From: Erysipelotrichaceae bacterium
Lineage (GTDB): Bacteria > Bacillota_I > Bacilli_A > RFN20 > CAG-826
Direction: 5' to 3'
Assembly: GCA_963588055.1 (NCBI GenBank)
Contig: CAVAGB010000007.1
Coordinates: 7,699-71,698 of the forward strand
DNA length: 64,000 nucleotides
In this document: positions 9,144 to 18,398 of the stretch, piece after piece
Numbering within the stretch: position 1 is the first letter of the stretch
Layout: each line of letters starts with the position of its first letter
Made by a program: the position numbers and the translations under genes
The notes under the pieces: generated by a model
Seen by the model: the letters and a program-made list of their open reading frames with translations, nothing else
The model's database searches: none
Told to the model about the DNA's origin: nothing

Positions 9144-9986
9144 ATGAGAACCATATCCAGCCAAACGCTCACCGGGGAAAGAGCGGCCTTCAAAGCCAAA
9201 GACACCCTGTTTTCCTCTTGCCGTTTCGAAGACGGGGAATCCCCGATCAAAGAGGCGAGGAACATCGAGGTCGTCTCCTCCTCTTTCGCCTACAAGTACC
9301 CTCTTTGGTATGGAAAGAACCTCCATGTGAAGGATTCGACCTGCGAGGAAAGCGAGCGCGCGGGGATCTGGTATTCGAAGGACGTCCGCTTCGAGGATTG
9401 CATCATCGACGGGCCGAAGAACTTCCGGAAATGCCTGGGTCTGGCCTTGAGGCGTTGCAGCTTCTCCGACGCTCAGGAAACGCTATGGTGGAACGAGGAT
9501 GTCGAACTCGATCAGATAGAGGTCAAAAACGGCGCCTATTTCGGGATGGGCAGCAAACGTATCCAGACAAATAGGCTGGTTTTGCAGGGAAATTACGCCT
9601 TCGACGGATGTGAGGACGCTCTCATTGAGAACTCGGATCTGGATACGAAGGACGCCTTCTGGAACTGTAAAAGGGTCACGCTTAGGAACTGCCGGGTCAA
9701 AGGGGAATACTTCGGATGGAATTCCGAGGACGTCACCCTGATCAACTGCCGCATCGAATCCCATCAAGGCTTCTGCTACATGAAGAACATCAAGCTCATC
9801 GGCTGCGAGGTGGTTAACAGCGACCTCACCTTCGAATACTGCTCAAACATCGACGCGGAGATCACCACGGACCTCGATTCCGTGAAGAACCCCCTATCGG
9901 GCAAGATCAAAGCCAGATCCATCGGCAGCATCATCCTCGATGACGATGAAGTCGACCATAGCCTCACGGAGATCATCTGCCAATGA
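9144..9986 (+). CDS. DUF3737-family protein (beta-helix-like)
   Basis: 280-aa protein with repeated beta-helix-like motifs (N..E.V.L.NC); the start is the ATG at 9144; ATGA-coupled to the downstream patB, a pairing seen recurrently. Confidence 0.65.
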   Translation: MRTISSQTLTGERAAFKAKDTLFSSCRFEDGESPIKEARNIEVVSSSFAYKYPLWYGKNLHVKDSTCEESERAGIWYSKDVRFEDCIIDGPKNFRKCLGLALRRCSFSDAQETLWWNEDVELDQIEVKNGAYFGMGSKRIQTNRLVLQGNYAFDGCEDALIENSDLDTKDAFWNCKRVTLRNCRVKGEYFGWNSEDVTLINCRIESHQGFCYMKNIKLIGCEVVNSDLTFEYCSNIDAEITTDLDSVKNPLSGKIKARSIGSIILDDDEVDHSLTEIICQ

Positions 9987-11143
9987 AATACGATTTCGAC
10001 CGACTATTGGATAGACGCGAAGAGGATTCCGTCAAATGGGACTGCTTGGAGAATGAGCTCCCCATGTGGGTGGCCGACATGGATTTTGAGGTCGCCCCAT
10101 CCATCACCGAAGCGATGAAGGGAAGGATCTCCCACCCCTGCTTCGGCTATTCGGAGACGCCGAAGAGGTGGGCCTCTTCCTACGTCGATTTCTGGAAGGC
10201 GGAATTCGATGCCGATCTCAAAGAGGAGGCTTTGCTTTTCTCCCTTGGCATCATCCCATCTTTGTCCACCTCGATCCGCGCTTTCTCAAAGCCAGGGGAC
10301 GAGGTCGTCTTGCTCACCCCCGTCTACAATGTCTTCAACCATTCCGTCGAGAACAACGCCCGCGTCGCCGTCCCATGCTCGTTGAGGAATGAGGAGGAAC
10401 ATTACTCAATCGATTGGGTTGCCTTAGAGAAGGCCCTAAGTTCTCCGAAGGCCAAGATTCTCATCCTTTGCAACCCCCATAACCCCGTGGGGAGGGCGTG
10501 GACGAAAGAGGAGCTCAGCCGCATCGCTTCCTTATGCGAAAGGCACGGCGTGCTCGTAATCTCCGATGAAGTCCACGGACCGATCTCCGCCTCAGAATCC
10601 CCTTATGTCCCTTACGTTTCTTCCTGTCAGAACGCAAGAAGAAACTCCATCACCCTCCTCGCCCCGACGAAGGCCTTCAACGTCGCGGGGGTCCAAACTT
10701 CCGCTTGCTACGTCGAGGATGAAGGGCTGAGGAAGAAACTCGCATTCGCCTTGAACGCCGACGAGGTGATGGAAGGCAATTTCCTTTCCTACCAAGTCGC
10801 CGTATCTTGCTTCGATGGAGGCAGGGAATGGCTGAAGCAGATGAACGATTACGTTCAGGGGAATTACCGCTTCGTCCTCTCCTATTGCTCCTCCCATCTC
10901 CCGAAGCTGAAGATCGCCCCTTTAGAAGCGACTTACCTCATTTGGGTCGATGTCTCCTCCTACGAAGAAGACGACGTCGCTTTCTGCGATGCCCTGCGGA
11001 AGGAAACCGGGCTTTGGATCACCCCAGGATCGGTCTATGGGGAAGAAGGCAAAGGCCATGTTCGCATCAACCTCGCCTGCCCAAGGAGCAGGGTCGAGGA
11101 TGGGATGAGGCGCCTGCTTTCTTATTGCGAAGGGCTTAACTGA
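9983..11143 (+). CDS. patB: PatB/MalY-family PLP-dependent C-S lyase / aminotransferase
   Basis: Class I/II aminotransferase fold signature (CNPHNPVGR, KAFNVAG); 386 aa. Confidence 0.8.
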   Translation: MKYDFDRLLDRREEDSVKWDCLENELPMWVADMDFEVAPSITEAMKGRISHPCFGYSETPKRWASSYVDFWKAEFDADLKEEALLFSLGIIPSLSTSIRAFSKPGDEVVLLTPVYNVFNHSVENNARVAVPCSLRNEEEHYSIDWVALEKALSSPKAKILILCNPHNPVGRAWTKEELSRIASLCERHGVLVISDEVHGPISASESPYVPYVSSCQNARRNSITLLAPTKAFNVAGVQTSACYVEDEGLRKKLAFALNADEVMEGNFLSYQVAVSCFDGGREWLKQMNDYVQGNYRFVLSYCSSHLPKLKIAPLEATYLIWVDVSSYEEDDVAFCDALRKETGLWITPGSVYGEEGKGHVRINLACPRSRVEDGMRRLLSYCEGLN

Positions 11144-11169
11144 GACGAAAAAGCCGCAAATCCCAATCG

Positions 11170-11197
11170 AAAAAGGCGCCCAGGAGGATGGGCGCCT
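11170..11197. terminator. GC-rich hairpin terminator between convergent genes
   Basis: AAAAAGGCGCCCaggaggatGGGCGCCTT: a 7-bp perfect stem with a T-run on the minus strand. Confidence 0.5.
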
Positions 11198-11220
11198 TGA
11201 GGAATGGTCTTAAGGAATCT

Positions 11221-11478
11221 TCAGCGGTTCCTGACGAGGTAATACCGATCCACTTTCCGCTCGTAGATGATCTGATAGGACAGTCCTTCCTTCACGAGGA
11301 AGGAGCGGATGTCGGCCAGATAACGCGCGAAGCGCAGTCCCGAGATGGAGAATTTCTTCATGATCTCCTGCTTGGAGATGCTCTTATTGACCAGCAGGCA
11401 ATGATATATATGGAGAAGGATGTCGCTTTTTTTCATACCCAAAACGCTTCTTTGCTTTCGTTGTTCAACTGCCATCAT
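11221..11478 (-). CDS. Small hypothetical protein (85 aa), possibly HTH-like
   Basis: ORF with a terminator downstream; no SD checked; weak helix-turn-helix-like stretch. Confidence 0.35.
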   Translation of the reverse strand: MMAVEQRKQRSVLGMKKSDILLHIYHCLLVNKSISKQEIMKKFSISGLRFARYLADIRSFLVKEGLSYQIIYERKVDRYYLVRNR

Positions 11479-11686
11479 TATCCAGTTCTTAACTCCCTCG
11501 AAAAAGGTGCACTCGGACTAAATAATAGGGTCAATTTCATATGGAAAACGGTCTGGTTATCCAAAATGGATACTGAAAAGGCGTCGAGGCGTCGTAGCGA
11601 AGGAAGGGAAGGGAAGTCCGAGGAGTCTCTTGCTAACGATCACGAGCGAGCCTATCTTAGAGCGGAAGATTTTCCTGGAGACAACC

Positions 11687-12328
11687 ATGACCATCAATTT
11701 CTTAGGCGATTCGATCACGGAAGGGATCGGAGCGGATTCCCCCTCCCTTGCCTATCCCTCCGTCTGCTGCTCTTTGCTTGGGGCGAAGGAGGGCAATTAC
11801 GGGCTGGGCGGAACGCGCATCGCCAGGCAAAAAGCGAGCGTCGGCGACAACCCCGATGAGGATTTCCTCCTCCGCGCGAGGTGGATGAACCCCTGCGACT
11901 TCCTCTTCGTCTTCGGCGGCACGAACGATTACGGCCACGGGGACGCGCCTTTGGGGAGAAAGGGCGAGGACACCCCCTGGACTTTCTATGGGGCATTAAG
12001 GTGCCTCATCGAATACCTCTTGGGGGCAAAAGGTCTAAGGAAAGAGCAGATCTGCTTCGTTTTGCCCCTCCCCCGCTTCAATGAGAACAGCCCCCGCGGG
12101 GACGGCTCGGTCACTTGGACGGACAAGCCGCCTCTAGAAACCTACCGCCATTCGATAGAAGAAATGTGCGAGGAATATGGGATTGAGGCCCTTCGCCTCA
12201 CAAGCCTAGAGATGCCCGATACCGATAAGCCAAGCGAACATTATCGAGACGGCCTCCATCCGAACAATGTGGGTCACCGCCTGATCGGCGAAGAGCTGGC
12301 CGCCTATCTCAAAAAGAAGGGTTTTTGA
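11687..12328 (+). CDS. SGNH/GDSL-family hydrolase
   Basis: N-terminal GDSITEG block at the internal ATG 11687, with a downstream GGTND block and the catalytic DGLHP triad motif. Confidence 0.75.
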   Translation: MTINFLGDSITEGIGADSPSLAYPSVCCSLLGAKEGNYGLGGTRIARQKASVGDNPDEDFLLRARWMNPCDFLFVFGGTNDYGHGDAPLGRKGEDTPWTFYGALRCLIEYLLGAKGLRKEQICFVLPLPRFNENSPRGDGSVTWTDKPPLETYRHSIEEMCEEYGIEALRLTSLEMPDTDKPSEHYRDGLHPNNVGHRLIGEELAAYLKKKGF

Positions 12329-12357
12329 GCCTTTTCATTGCAAAAAGCCCGCAAAAG

Positions 12358-12750
12358 TCAGAAATCTTCCAGATAGATGGAGAAAGTCACGACCGGGAAG
12401 CCGCGCGAGAAATCCGTTTTGGTAACTTTCCCAATCAAAGACTTTCCTGCATCGAGAAGCCTTTTGAAGATCGCTTGGTCTCCTTCTGGGACGTAGCCGA
12501 TCTGACCTTTCGGAGAGAACACCTGCACTTCATCGGGCTCGTATTTGCTTTGGTTGTAGCGGAACTCGAGTCTCTCCCCGACTTTCAAAGCGAGCAAGGC
12601 GGTCTTGTCTAAGAGCTTATAAGTCCCTGCGAGGTTCCCATCGAAAAGAAGGATCTCCTTCTTGAGGGGCTTAAGGAGGGCGTCGATGCTCCCCTTTTCT
12701 TCTTTGAGGGCGAGTTCCTCTTTTTTGCTGATCAGATCTTTTCCCATCAT
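12358..12750 (-). CDS. HIRAN-domain protein
   Basis: C-terminal region GERLEF...EPDEVQVFSPKGQIGYVPEGDQAIFKRLLDAG resembles the HIRAN fold consensus (EP.N.YD..A..V....IGYVP). Confidence 0.55.
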   Translation of the reverse strand: MMGKDLISKKEELALKEEKGSIDALLKPLKKEILLFDGNLAGTYKLLDKTALLALKVGERLEFRYNQSKYEPDEVQVFSPKGQIGYVPEGDQAIFKRLLDAGKSLIGKVTKTDFSRGFPVVTFSIYLEDF

Positions 12751-13484
12751 GCCTCACCCACTTTCCGAGACAGCAGCAAGGCGAGCCTGCCTTCGAGTTC
12801 CCCTTTGAAAGACTCATACTCTTGGCTTTGCTTCGATAGATCGATGAGCAGTTCTTTCCCTTTGTCGGCGTCGTCGAGATAGACGTGATAAAGATAGGGG
12901 TTGGTGGTCTCTATCTCATGGATCTGCTCTTTCGCCGCCTCGATCTTCTCTTCTAGGTCCTCTATCTCCGCCTCCTCTTCTTTGAAGTGGAGCCTCGCCA
13001 GATCGAAAAGCTCGATAAGGCGCGGGAGGTCGTTGTCTTTGTATGCTTTCAAGGCGTGGTCGTAGACGCTATAGGCCAAGGGGTCGCTGGCGCGTTCGGG
13101 ATGGAGGTCAGGATGGACCATTTTCACCAGGGAGCGGAAAAGCGATCTCAGTTTGTCCATCGATTCGGGATCTAGAAACAGCCCGTCATGGCAGGCTTCG
13201 GCATGCCTTTTCTTCCCCGCGGCCGAGATGTATTCGAAATAGGCTTCGGTGCAGTTGCTCTTCGCGTAGGCGTTCATCTCCTCTTCGTTTGGGGAAAGGC
13301 CTTGGTTCCTCATCTTTTGGCAGTAGGCGATCTTCGCCTTCAGCTCTGCGCAGGCAAGCTTCAGTTTTAGCAAAGCGAGCAAGGGCTCGCCGAATTTAAG
13401 ATAGTATTCCTGCTCGATGAATCTGCAGTCCTTCTCAAGCTGCGCCTTATACATCAATAGGGATTCGTATTCTTTCAGATTCAT
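12747..13484 (-). CDS. J-domain (DnaJ-like) protein
   Basis: HPD tripeptide within LVKMVHPDLHP..., flanked by helices typical of a J domain; acidic coiled C-terminus; ATGA-coupled to both neighbours. Confidence 0.55.
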   Translation of the reverse strand: MNLKEYESLLMYKAQLEKDCRFIEQEYYLKFGEPLLALLKLKLACAELKAKIAYCQKMRNQGLSPNEEEMNAYAKSNCTEAYFEYISAAGKKRHAEACHDGLFLDPESMDKLRSLFRSLVKMVHPDLHPERASDPLAYSVYDHALKAYKDNDLPRLIELFDLARLHFKEEEAEIEDLEEKIEAAKEQIHEIETTNPYLYHVYLDDADKGKELLIDLSKQSQEYESFKGELEGRLALLLSRKVGEA

Positions 13485-14377
13485 TGCTCTTTTCTCCTCA
13501 ATACGTATTGCTTTTCGTATTCGAGGGAATAGACGTTCTTCCCTCCCACGACCCCTTTTCGAAGGAAATCCTCAATCGAGGCGAAAACCTTCCCATCGAG
13601 CCTCACGCGGATCTTCCCTTCGTCTTCGAAAGAGGAGATCTCGTGGAACTCGCCCTTATAGAACAAGGAGTATTCGCTTGGGGTCTTGAGGCAATGGAAC
13701 AAATTGAATAGCTCTGGGTTCTCCCTATCGATGAGATTCAGCTGGCCAAGAAGGGTCTCGATCCTCCTCGCGACGATGAAATTCCCCCAAAAGGCGCTGT
13801 AATAGATGCGTTGGACGATGTAGGAACGGCCTCTCCAAAGCATCGCCTCCGCCTCTTCGTTCTCCCCACGCTGCATATCCAGATAAGCAAGGCGATGGGC
13901 GATCTCGGGAATGGGGTCGAATAGCTTTTGACTGTCTTCAAGCTCCTTCCAAAGCCCACGAAGGATCTCTTCGTATTTGGCCTCGTCCTTTTCCACGCCG
14001 AGGCCTCTTTCGTACATGTCGGCGATCTTCATCGCAGCCTCTTTGTCGCCTAGTTCTTTCGCCTCGGAGAAATAGCGGAAGGCTTTTCCGTAGTCTGGGC
14101 TCCCCACGCGCCCATAGAAATAGATGAAGCCCAGCCCATCGGCGATCCCTTTGTCCCCGTGGTCGTAGGCGGCGAGATAGTATTTCTCGGCGAGCTGGTA
14201 TTTCTCTTGCTCGTAGTAGATCCCTCCGAGATACCCCATCGCCCAAGCATCGCCTTCGACGTCGCAAAGATAATGGAGGGCCTCCATCCTTTGATAGGCG
14301 TCGCTTTCGCTCAAGGGGCATCTGCGCTCCTTGCGCTCAATGCTCTCGATGATCTCGTGAGCCTGTTTCTTGTCCAT
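13481..14377 (-). CDS. Sel1/TPR-like repeat protein
   Basis: Repeated A..YY.A...G...A...LG..Y..G.GV motifs typical of Sel1 repeats. Confidence 0.65.
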   Translation of the reverse strand: MDKKQAHEIIESIERKERRCPLSESDAYQRMEALHYLCDVEGDAWAMGYLGGIYYEQEKYQLAEKYYLAAYDHGDKGIADGLGFIYFYGRVGSPDYGKAFRYFSEAKELGDKEAAMKIADMYERGLGVEKDEAKYEEILRGLWKELEDSQKLFDPIPEIAHRLAYLDMQRGENEEAEAMLWRGRSYIVQRIYYSAFWGNFIVARRIETLLGQLNLIDRENPELFNLFHCLKTPSEYSLFYKGEFHEISSFEDEGKIRVRLDGKVFASIEDFLRKGVVGGKNVYSLEYEKQYVLRRKEQ

Positions 14378-14547
14378 GGCTTGATTATCCTTCCAAAAGA
14401 AAAGAAGAGGAAGCCTAACCTTACCCTTTTGCGCCTGTTGGGCGAAAAGCGATATCGAAAAAGCTGCAGAACCCGTCTAGCTCGACAAAGGACGGCTTCC
14501 CGCGGCAAAAAAGCGGACCCTTTTAGGCCCGCTAAGAAGCGATGGTT

Positions 14548-15573
14548 CTACCTTTGGACGCGTCCGGAGCCGTCCCCGCCCATCAGGGCAAGCACTTCTT
14601 TCTCGGAGACCAGATTGAAATCGCCCGGGATCGTGTGCTTGAGCGCGGAAGATGCAACGGCGAATTCAAGAGCCTTTCCCTGGTCGTCTGGCCAGCTGAG
14701 CAAGCCATGGATGAGGCCGCCAGAGAACGAATCCCCTCCCCCGACGCGATCGATGATCGGGAGAATATCGTAATGCTTGGACTCGTAGAAATCCTTGCCG
14801 TTGTAGATCAGGGCCTTCCAGCCGTTATGGCTCGCGGAATAGGACTCGCGCAGAGTCGAAACGACGTATTTGAAGCCAAACTCCTTAGCCATCTGCTCGA
14901 AGATCTTGTGATAGCCTGAGGCATCGGTCTTCCCACCCGTCACATCGGCGTCAGGCTTGAAGCCGAGGCAAAGCTCCGCGTCTTCTTCGTTCCCGATGCA
15001 GACGTCGACGTAGCGCATAAGCGGGCGCATGATCGAAATCGCCTTCTCCGAGGTCCAAAGCTTCTTGCGGAAGTTCAAATCGCAGGAGACGGTGACGCCG
15101 TGCTTTTTGGCCGCGATAAGGGCGAGGCGGAGATTCTCAGCCGATTTGTCGCTGATGGCCGGGGTGATACCGGACCAATGGAACCAGGCGGCCCCTTCGA
15201 AGATCTTGTCGAAGTCGAAGTCCTCGGGGTCGGCTTCGGCAATGGAGGAATGAGCGCGGTCGTAGATGACTTTGCTCGCCCTCATGGAAGCGCCGGATTC
15301 GAGGTAATAGATGCCCAGGCGGTCGCCGCCTCTAGCGATGTAATCTTCCTTCACCCCATAGCGGCGAAGCGCGTTCACCGCGCATTGGCCGATCTCATGG
15401 GCCGGGACTTTCGAAACGAAATAGGCCTCATGGCCGTAATTCGCGAGCGAAACCGCCACATTGGCCTCCCCTCCGCCATAGCAGGCGTCGAAGGATTGGC
15501 ACTGCACAAAACGCGAGTTCCCAGCTGAGGACAGTCTCAGCATGATCTCGCCCATCGTCACTACTTTCGCCAT
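14548..15573 (-). CDS. kdgK: 2-dehydro-3-deoxygluconokinase (PfkB family)
   Basis: PfkB motifs (GGGEANVAVSLA, DRVGGGDSF); the start ATG at 15573 overlaps the eda stop. Confidence 0.8.
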   Translation of the reverse strand: MAKVVTMGEIMLRLSSAGNSRFVQCQSFDACYGGGEANVAVSLANYGHEAYFVSKVPAHEIGQCAVNALRRYGVKEDYIARGGDRLGIYYLESGASMRASKVIYDRAHSSIAEADPEDFDFDKIFEGAAWFHWSGITPAISDKSAENLRLALIAAKKHGVTVSCDLNFRKKLWTSEKAISIMRPLMRYVDVCIGNEEDAELCLGFKPDADVTGGKTDASGYHKIFEQMAKEFGFKYVVSTLRESYSASHNGWKALIYNGKDFYESKHYDILPIIDRVGGGDSFSGGLIHGLLSWPDDQGKALEFAVASSALKHTIPGDFNLVSEKEVLALMGGDGSGRVQR

Positions 15574-16187
15574 TATCGGTTCTCCTTGATGATTCTTCTT
15601 GCCTCGAGGCAATTATTGATCTGCTCTTCAGGGGTTCCTTTCAAAAGCCAGGAACCGCCGCAAGCGATGATCTTGTCGCATTTCACGAACTCCGCCAGAT
15701 TGGAGTTGTCCACCCCGCCCGTAGGCATGAACCTGCAGGAAGGGAAGGCGGCGCCGAGCGCCTTGATGGCTTTCAACCCGCCGAAGACTCCGGCTGGGAA
15801 GAATTTCAGAGTCGAGATCCCGTTCTCTAGGGCCATCATGATCTCGGTGGGCGTCACCACGCCAGGGAGATAAGGGACGCCTTTCTCTTTGCAGGTGTCG
15901 CAAACGCTTTGGGAGAAGCCGGGGGAGACGATGAATTTGGCCCCGCAGGAGATGGCCTCCAGGCATTGCTCCCTGTTGATGACCGTGCCGGCGCCGATGA
16001 GGACGTCGGGGAATTCCTTGGTGGCGAGTTTTATGCATTCGGCGGCGCAGGGGGTTCTGAAGCAGATCTCCGCGATCGGGATGTCTCCTTTCACCAATGT
16101 GGTCAAAGCAGGCACCGTGTCTTCGACTTTCTTCAGCACGACGACGGGGACGACGCCTATCTCGTGCACTTTGTCCAATACGCTCAT
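15573..16187 (-). CDS. eda: KDPG/KHG aldolase
   Basis: Conserved Eda motifs (GAGTVIN, KFFPA...GG); GGAGG SD ahead of the ATG at 16187. Confidence 0.85.
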   Translation of the reverse strand: MSVLDKVHEIGVVPVVVLKKVEDTVPALTTLVKGDIPIAEICFRTPCAAECIKLATKEFPDVLIGAGTVINREQCLEAISCGAKFIVSPGFSQSVCDTCKEKGVPYLPGVVTPTEIMMALENGISTLKFFPAGVFGGLKAIKALGAAFPSCRFMPTGGVDNSNLAEFVKCDKIIACGGSWLLKGTPEEQINNCLEARRIIKENR

Positions 16188-16357
16188 AAAGATCCTCCGC
16201 ATGGGACAATTCTACCCGATTGGGCGAAGGAGGATTCCTTTTCTATCGAAAACGCCTAATTTTCCAATCATTTTTGATGAATTTAAGAATGAAGGGGTAG
16301 GCGCTTTGCGGATAAGGGAAGCCGCAGAACATCCGATTTGGCCCTGCGTTTCATAAA

Positions 16358-16385
16358 GAAAACCCGCGTTTTGCGGGCTTTTCGT
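16358..16385 (-). terminator. Rho-independent terminator after the GGDEF gene
   Basis: Minus strand reads AAAAGCCCGCAAAACGCGGGTTTTCTTTAT. Confidence 0.6.
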
Positions 16386-17560
16386 CAATAGCAGATGGTG
16401 TTTCCGTTTTTGCCTTTCGCCTCGTAGAGCTTCCGATCGGCGAGATGGTAGAGGCTATCGAAGGTGGCCTCGGCGATGCCATCGTAATGGGCGACGCCGA
16501 CGGAAGCGCGGATGACGAAGTTGTCCCCCGCCGCATCCAGACGGATGCTGTTGACCTGGGCGAAGAGGTTCTTCACCGCGAGCTCGCCGTCCTCTTTGCT
16601 TTGGGAATGGGTGGAGTAGACGGCGAATTCGTCTCCGCCTAAGCGCATGACGATATCGTCTTCCTTCAGATTCTCCTTCAGGGTCTTGGCGAATTTGGCG
16701 ATAGCCTCGTCTCCAGCCATGTGTCCATACGTGTCGTTGATGTGTTTGAAGTCGTCGAGGTCAATGATCGCGAAGGTGCCAGCCTCCTTCTTGGCGAGCT
16801 TCTCATCGATCAGTTTCTCGCCGTAGTAGCGGTTGGAAAGCTGGGAGAGGGAATCGGTCTCGCTTAAGATCTTCAGATCGTCTTTGGCGGCGTTAAGGTG
16901 GTTAGCCTGGATGGAGAACATGAAGAAGACGATGGAGAAGACCGCGGCGGTGATGCCCAACCCGTGGATGTCGTATTCGCTTTCGAAGATGATGGCCGTG
17001 GCCGCGTAAACGAGCAAAACGGCAACCAGGGACACGCTGATTTTCCGGTTGTAGGTCTTGGTGAGGATGATGAAGACGATGGTCTCGATCATGTAGAAAT
17101 AGCAGACGATCGGGGAAACCCAGTTCAGATTCAGCGATCCGCCGTGCCAGTTGTTTTGCGCGTCGAAGTAGAAGACCCAGTCCGTGCCGAAGGCGAGCTG
17201 CTGCACGAGGACGACGACGACAAGGGGGAAGAGGTCCAGAAAGGCGAGCTTGTTGCCTTTGAGCATCGTGTCTTCCCTAAGAAGGTAGACGAAGGGGTAA
17301 ATAAGGGCGGGGCGGATGATGTAGCCGGCCGCCGACATGACGACGCGCCAAACCGTGTAATGGTCGAGCGATTGCAAAGCGAACTCGATGTTGTAGCAGA
17401 CTAGCTCAGCGATCTCCAAGCCCACCGTCGCGAAGAAGACGATCCTCTCCTTTTTGGTGAAGTTCTTCCCGATGAGCAAAATCATCATTTGGAAGACTAC
17501 GCCGGCGATCGGGGCGAGGTTGTATGTGATGAATGTTTTGAAATCCATGATGTTTCGCAA
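16385..17560 (-). CDS. Membrane-anchored diguanylate cyclase (GGDEF)
   Basis: Six to seven N-terminal TM helices followed by a GGDEF domain (RLGGDEF); the start may instead be the ATG at 17548. Confidence 0.8.
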   Translation of the reverse strand: MRNIMDFKTFITYNLAPIAGVVFQMMILLIGKNFTKKERIVFFATVGLEIAELVCYNIEFALQSLDHYTVWRVVMSAAGYIIRPALIYPFVYLLREDTMLKGNKLAFLDLFPLVVVVLVQQLAFGTDWVFYFDAQNNWHGGSLNLNWVSPIVCYFYMIETIVFIILTKTYNRKISVSLVAVLLVYAATAIIFESEYDIHGLGITAAVFSIVFFMFSIQANHLNAAKDDLKILSETDSLSQLSNRYYGEKLIDEKLAKKEAGTFAIIDLDDFKHINDTYGHMAGDEAIAKFAKTLKENLKEDDIVMRLGGDEFAVYSTHSQSKEDGELAVKNLFAQVNSIRLDAAGDNFVIRASVGVAHYDGIAEATFDSLYHLADRKLYEAKGKNGNTICY

Positions 17561-17637
17561 CGAGGTTTCTATATCAATTATACTATAAGAATAAAAAGAA
17601 CTCCCAACTTTTCAATGAGAGCTCCGACGTTTTCTTC

Positions 17638-17714
17638 TGGTGACCCGTACGGGATTCGAACCCATGAATGTATCCTTGAAAGGGATATGAGTTAAGCCAC
17701 TTCTCCAACGGGCC
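17638..17714 (-). tRNA. tRNA-Glu (anticodon TTC)
   Basis: Cloverleaf with acceptor stem GGCCCGT/ACGGGTC, TPsiC box GTTCGAATCC, anticodon loop CTTTCAA, and encoded CCA. Confidence 0.75.
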
Positions 17715-17720
17715 AAATAA

Positions 17721-17797
17721 TGGCGCTCAGTATAGGGCTCGAACCTACAACCGATCGGTTAACAGCCGATTGCTCTACCATTGAGCTAACTGAGCGC
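17721..17797 (-). tRNA. tRNA-Asn (anticodon GTT)
   Basis: Acceptor stem GCGCTCA/TGAGCGC, D-arm AGCTCAATGGTAGAGC, TPsiC box GGTTCGAGCC, anticodon loop CTGTTAA. Confidence 0.8.
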
Positions 17798-17901
17798 GCT
17801 GCCCTAAACGGGCGAGACCTATTCTAAGCGCGGCAAAGGGGCTTTGCAACAACTTTCGAAAGAAAACCTGAGAGGCCAAAACCCTCGTCGGAACCGCCGA
17901 T

Positions 17902-18144
17902 TCACTTGGCGGCGTCGAGTTTCTTTTCGATGGAAGAATAGAGGTCGGAGACGGTCTTGATCGAGGAAAGCTCCTCGGTCTCGAACTGGATCCCGTATTT
18001 GTCCTCGAGGGTCAGGCACATCTCGACGACATCCAAGCTGTCGAGCCCTAGATCCTTCAAAGACTTCGTCTCGTCGACGTGGAGAACATTGAGCCTCTCG
18101 GCGAAGCTCTGCTTGATTTCCGACATTACTTTGCTATCAGTCAT
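17902..18144 (-). CDS. acpP: Acyl carrier protein
   Basis: LGLDSLD phosphopantetheine-attachment motif; 80 aa; own TATAAT and GAGGAA SD upstream. Confidence 0.85.
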   Translation of the reverse strand: MTDSKVMSEIKQSFAERLNVLHVDETKSLKDLGLDSLDVVEMCLTLEDKYGIQFETEELSSIKTVSDLYSSIEKKLDAAK

Positions 18145-18193
18145 AAACGTTATTCCTCGGGGGAATTATAAGCACCGGCCTCCCTTCTTCCAA

Positions 18194-18215
18194 CAAAAAA
18201 GAACCCCGAAGGGTT
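18194..18215 (-). terminator. Terminator downstream of the pilin-like ORF
   Basis: Minus strand reads GAACCCttcgGGGTTC followed by TTTTTTG. Confidence 0.6.
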
Positions 18216-18239
18216 CTATGCGACGAAGTTCTCTTCGAC

Positions 18240-18383
18240 GTAGGCCACGCCGACGGCGCTGTCGACCTGGTCGCTGATTTTGTTGGCCGTCTTCTCGAAG
18301 ACCGCGTAGAGGATGCCCCCGACGAGCGCGAAGATGCCGAGAACCAGCACCAAGCCAAGCAGCTGCCCTTTGATTTCACTCAT
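18240..18383 (-). CDS. Small Flp/pilin-like single-TM protein (47 aa); not in the supplied ORF track
   Basis: Hand translation gives MSEIKGQLLGLVLVLGIFALVGGILYAVFEKTANKISDQVDSAVGVA. A strong SD GGAGGTGGAAAC sits 6 nt upstream. The ORF lies 15 nt after the upstream gene's stop and has a terminator downstream. Confidence 0.45.
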
Positions 18384-18398
18384 GTTTCCACCTCCTTT

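Noticed and set aside
17821-17900. Possible terminator hairpin GCAAAGcccCTTTGC downstream of acpP
   Set aside because: Short 6-bp stem with no following T-run on the transcribed strand; not convincing as an intrinsic terminator
18137-18379. 80-aa ORF from the track (MKSKGSCLAWCWFSASSRSS...)
   Set aside because: Ser/Arg-rich junk that overlaps the ACP gene start and the real, differently framed 47-aa pilin-like ORF, which has a proper SD
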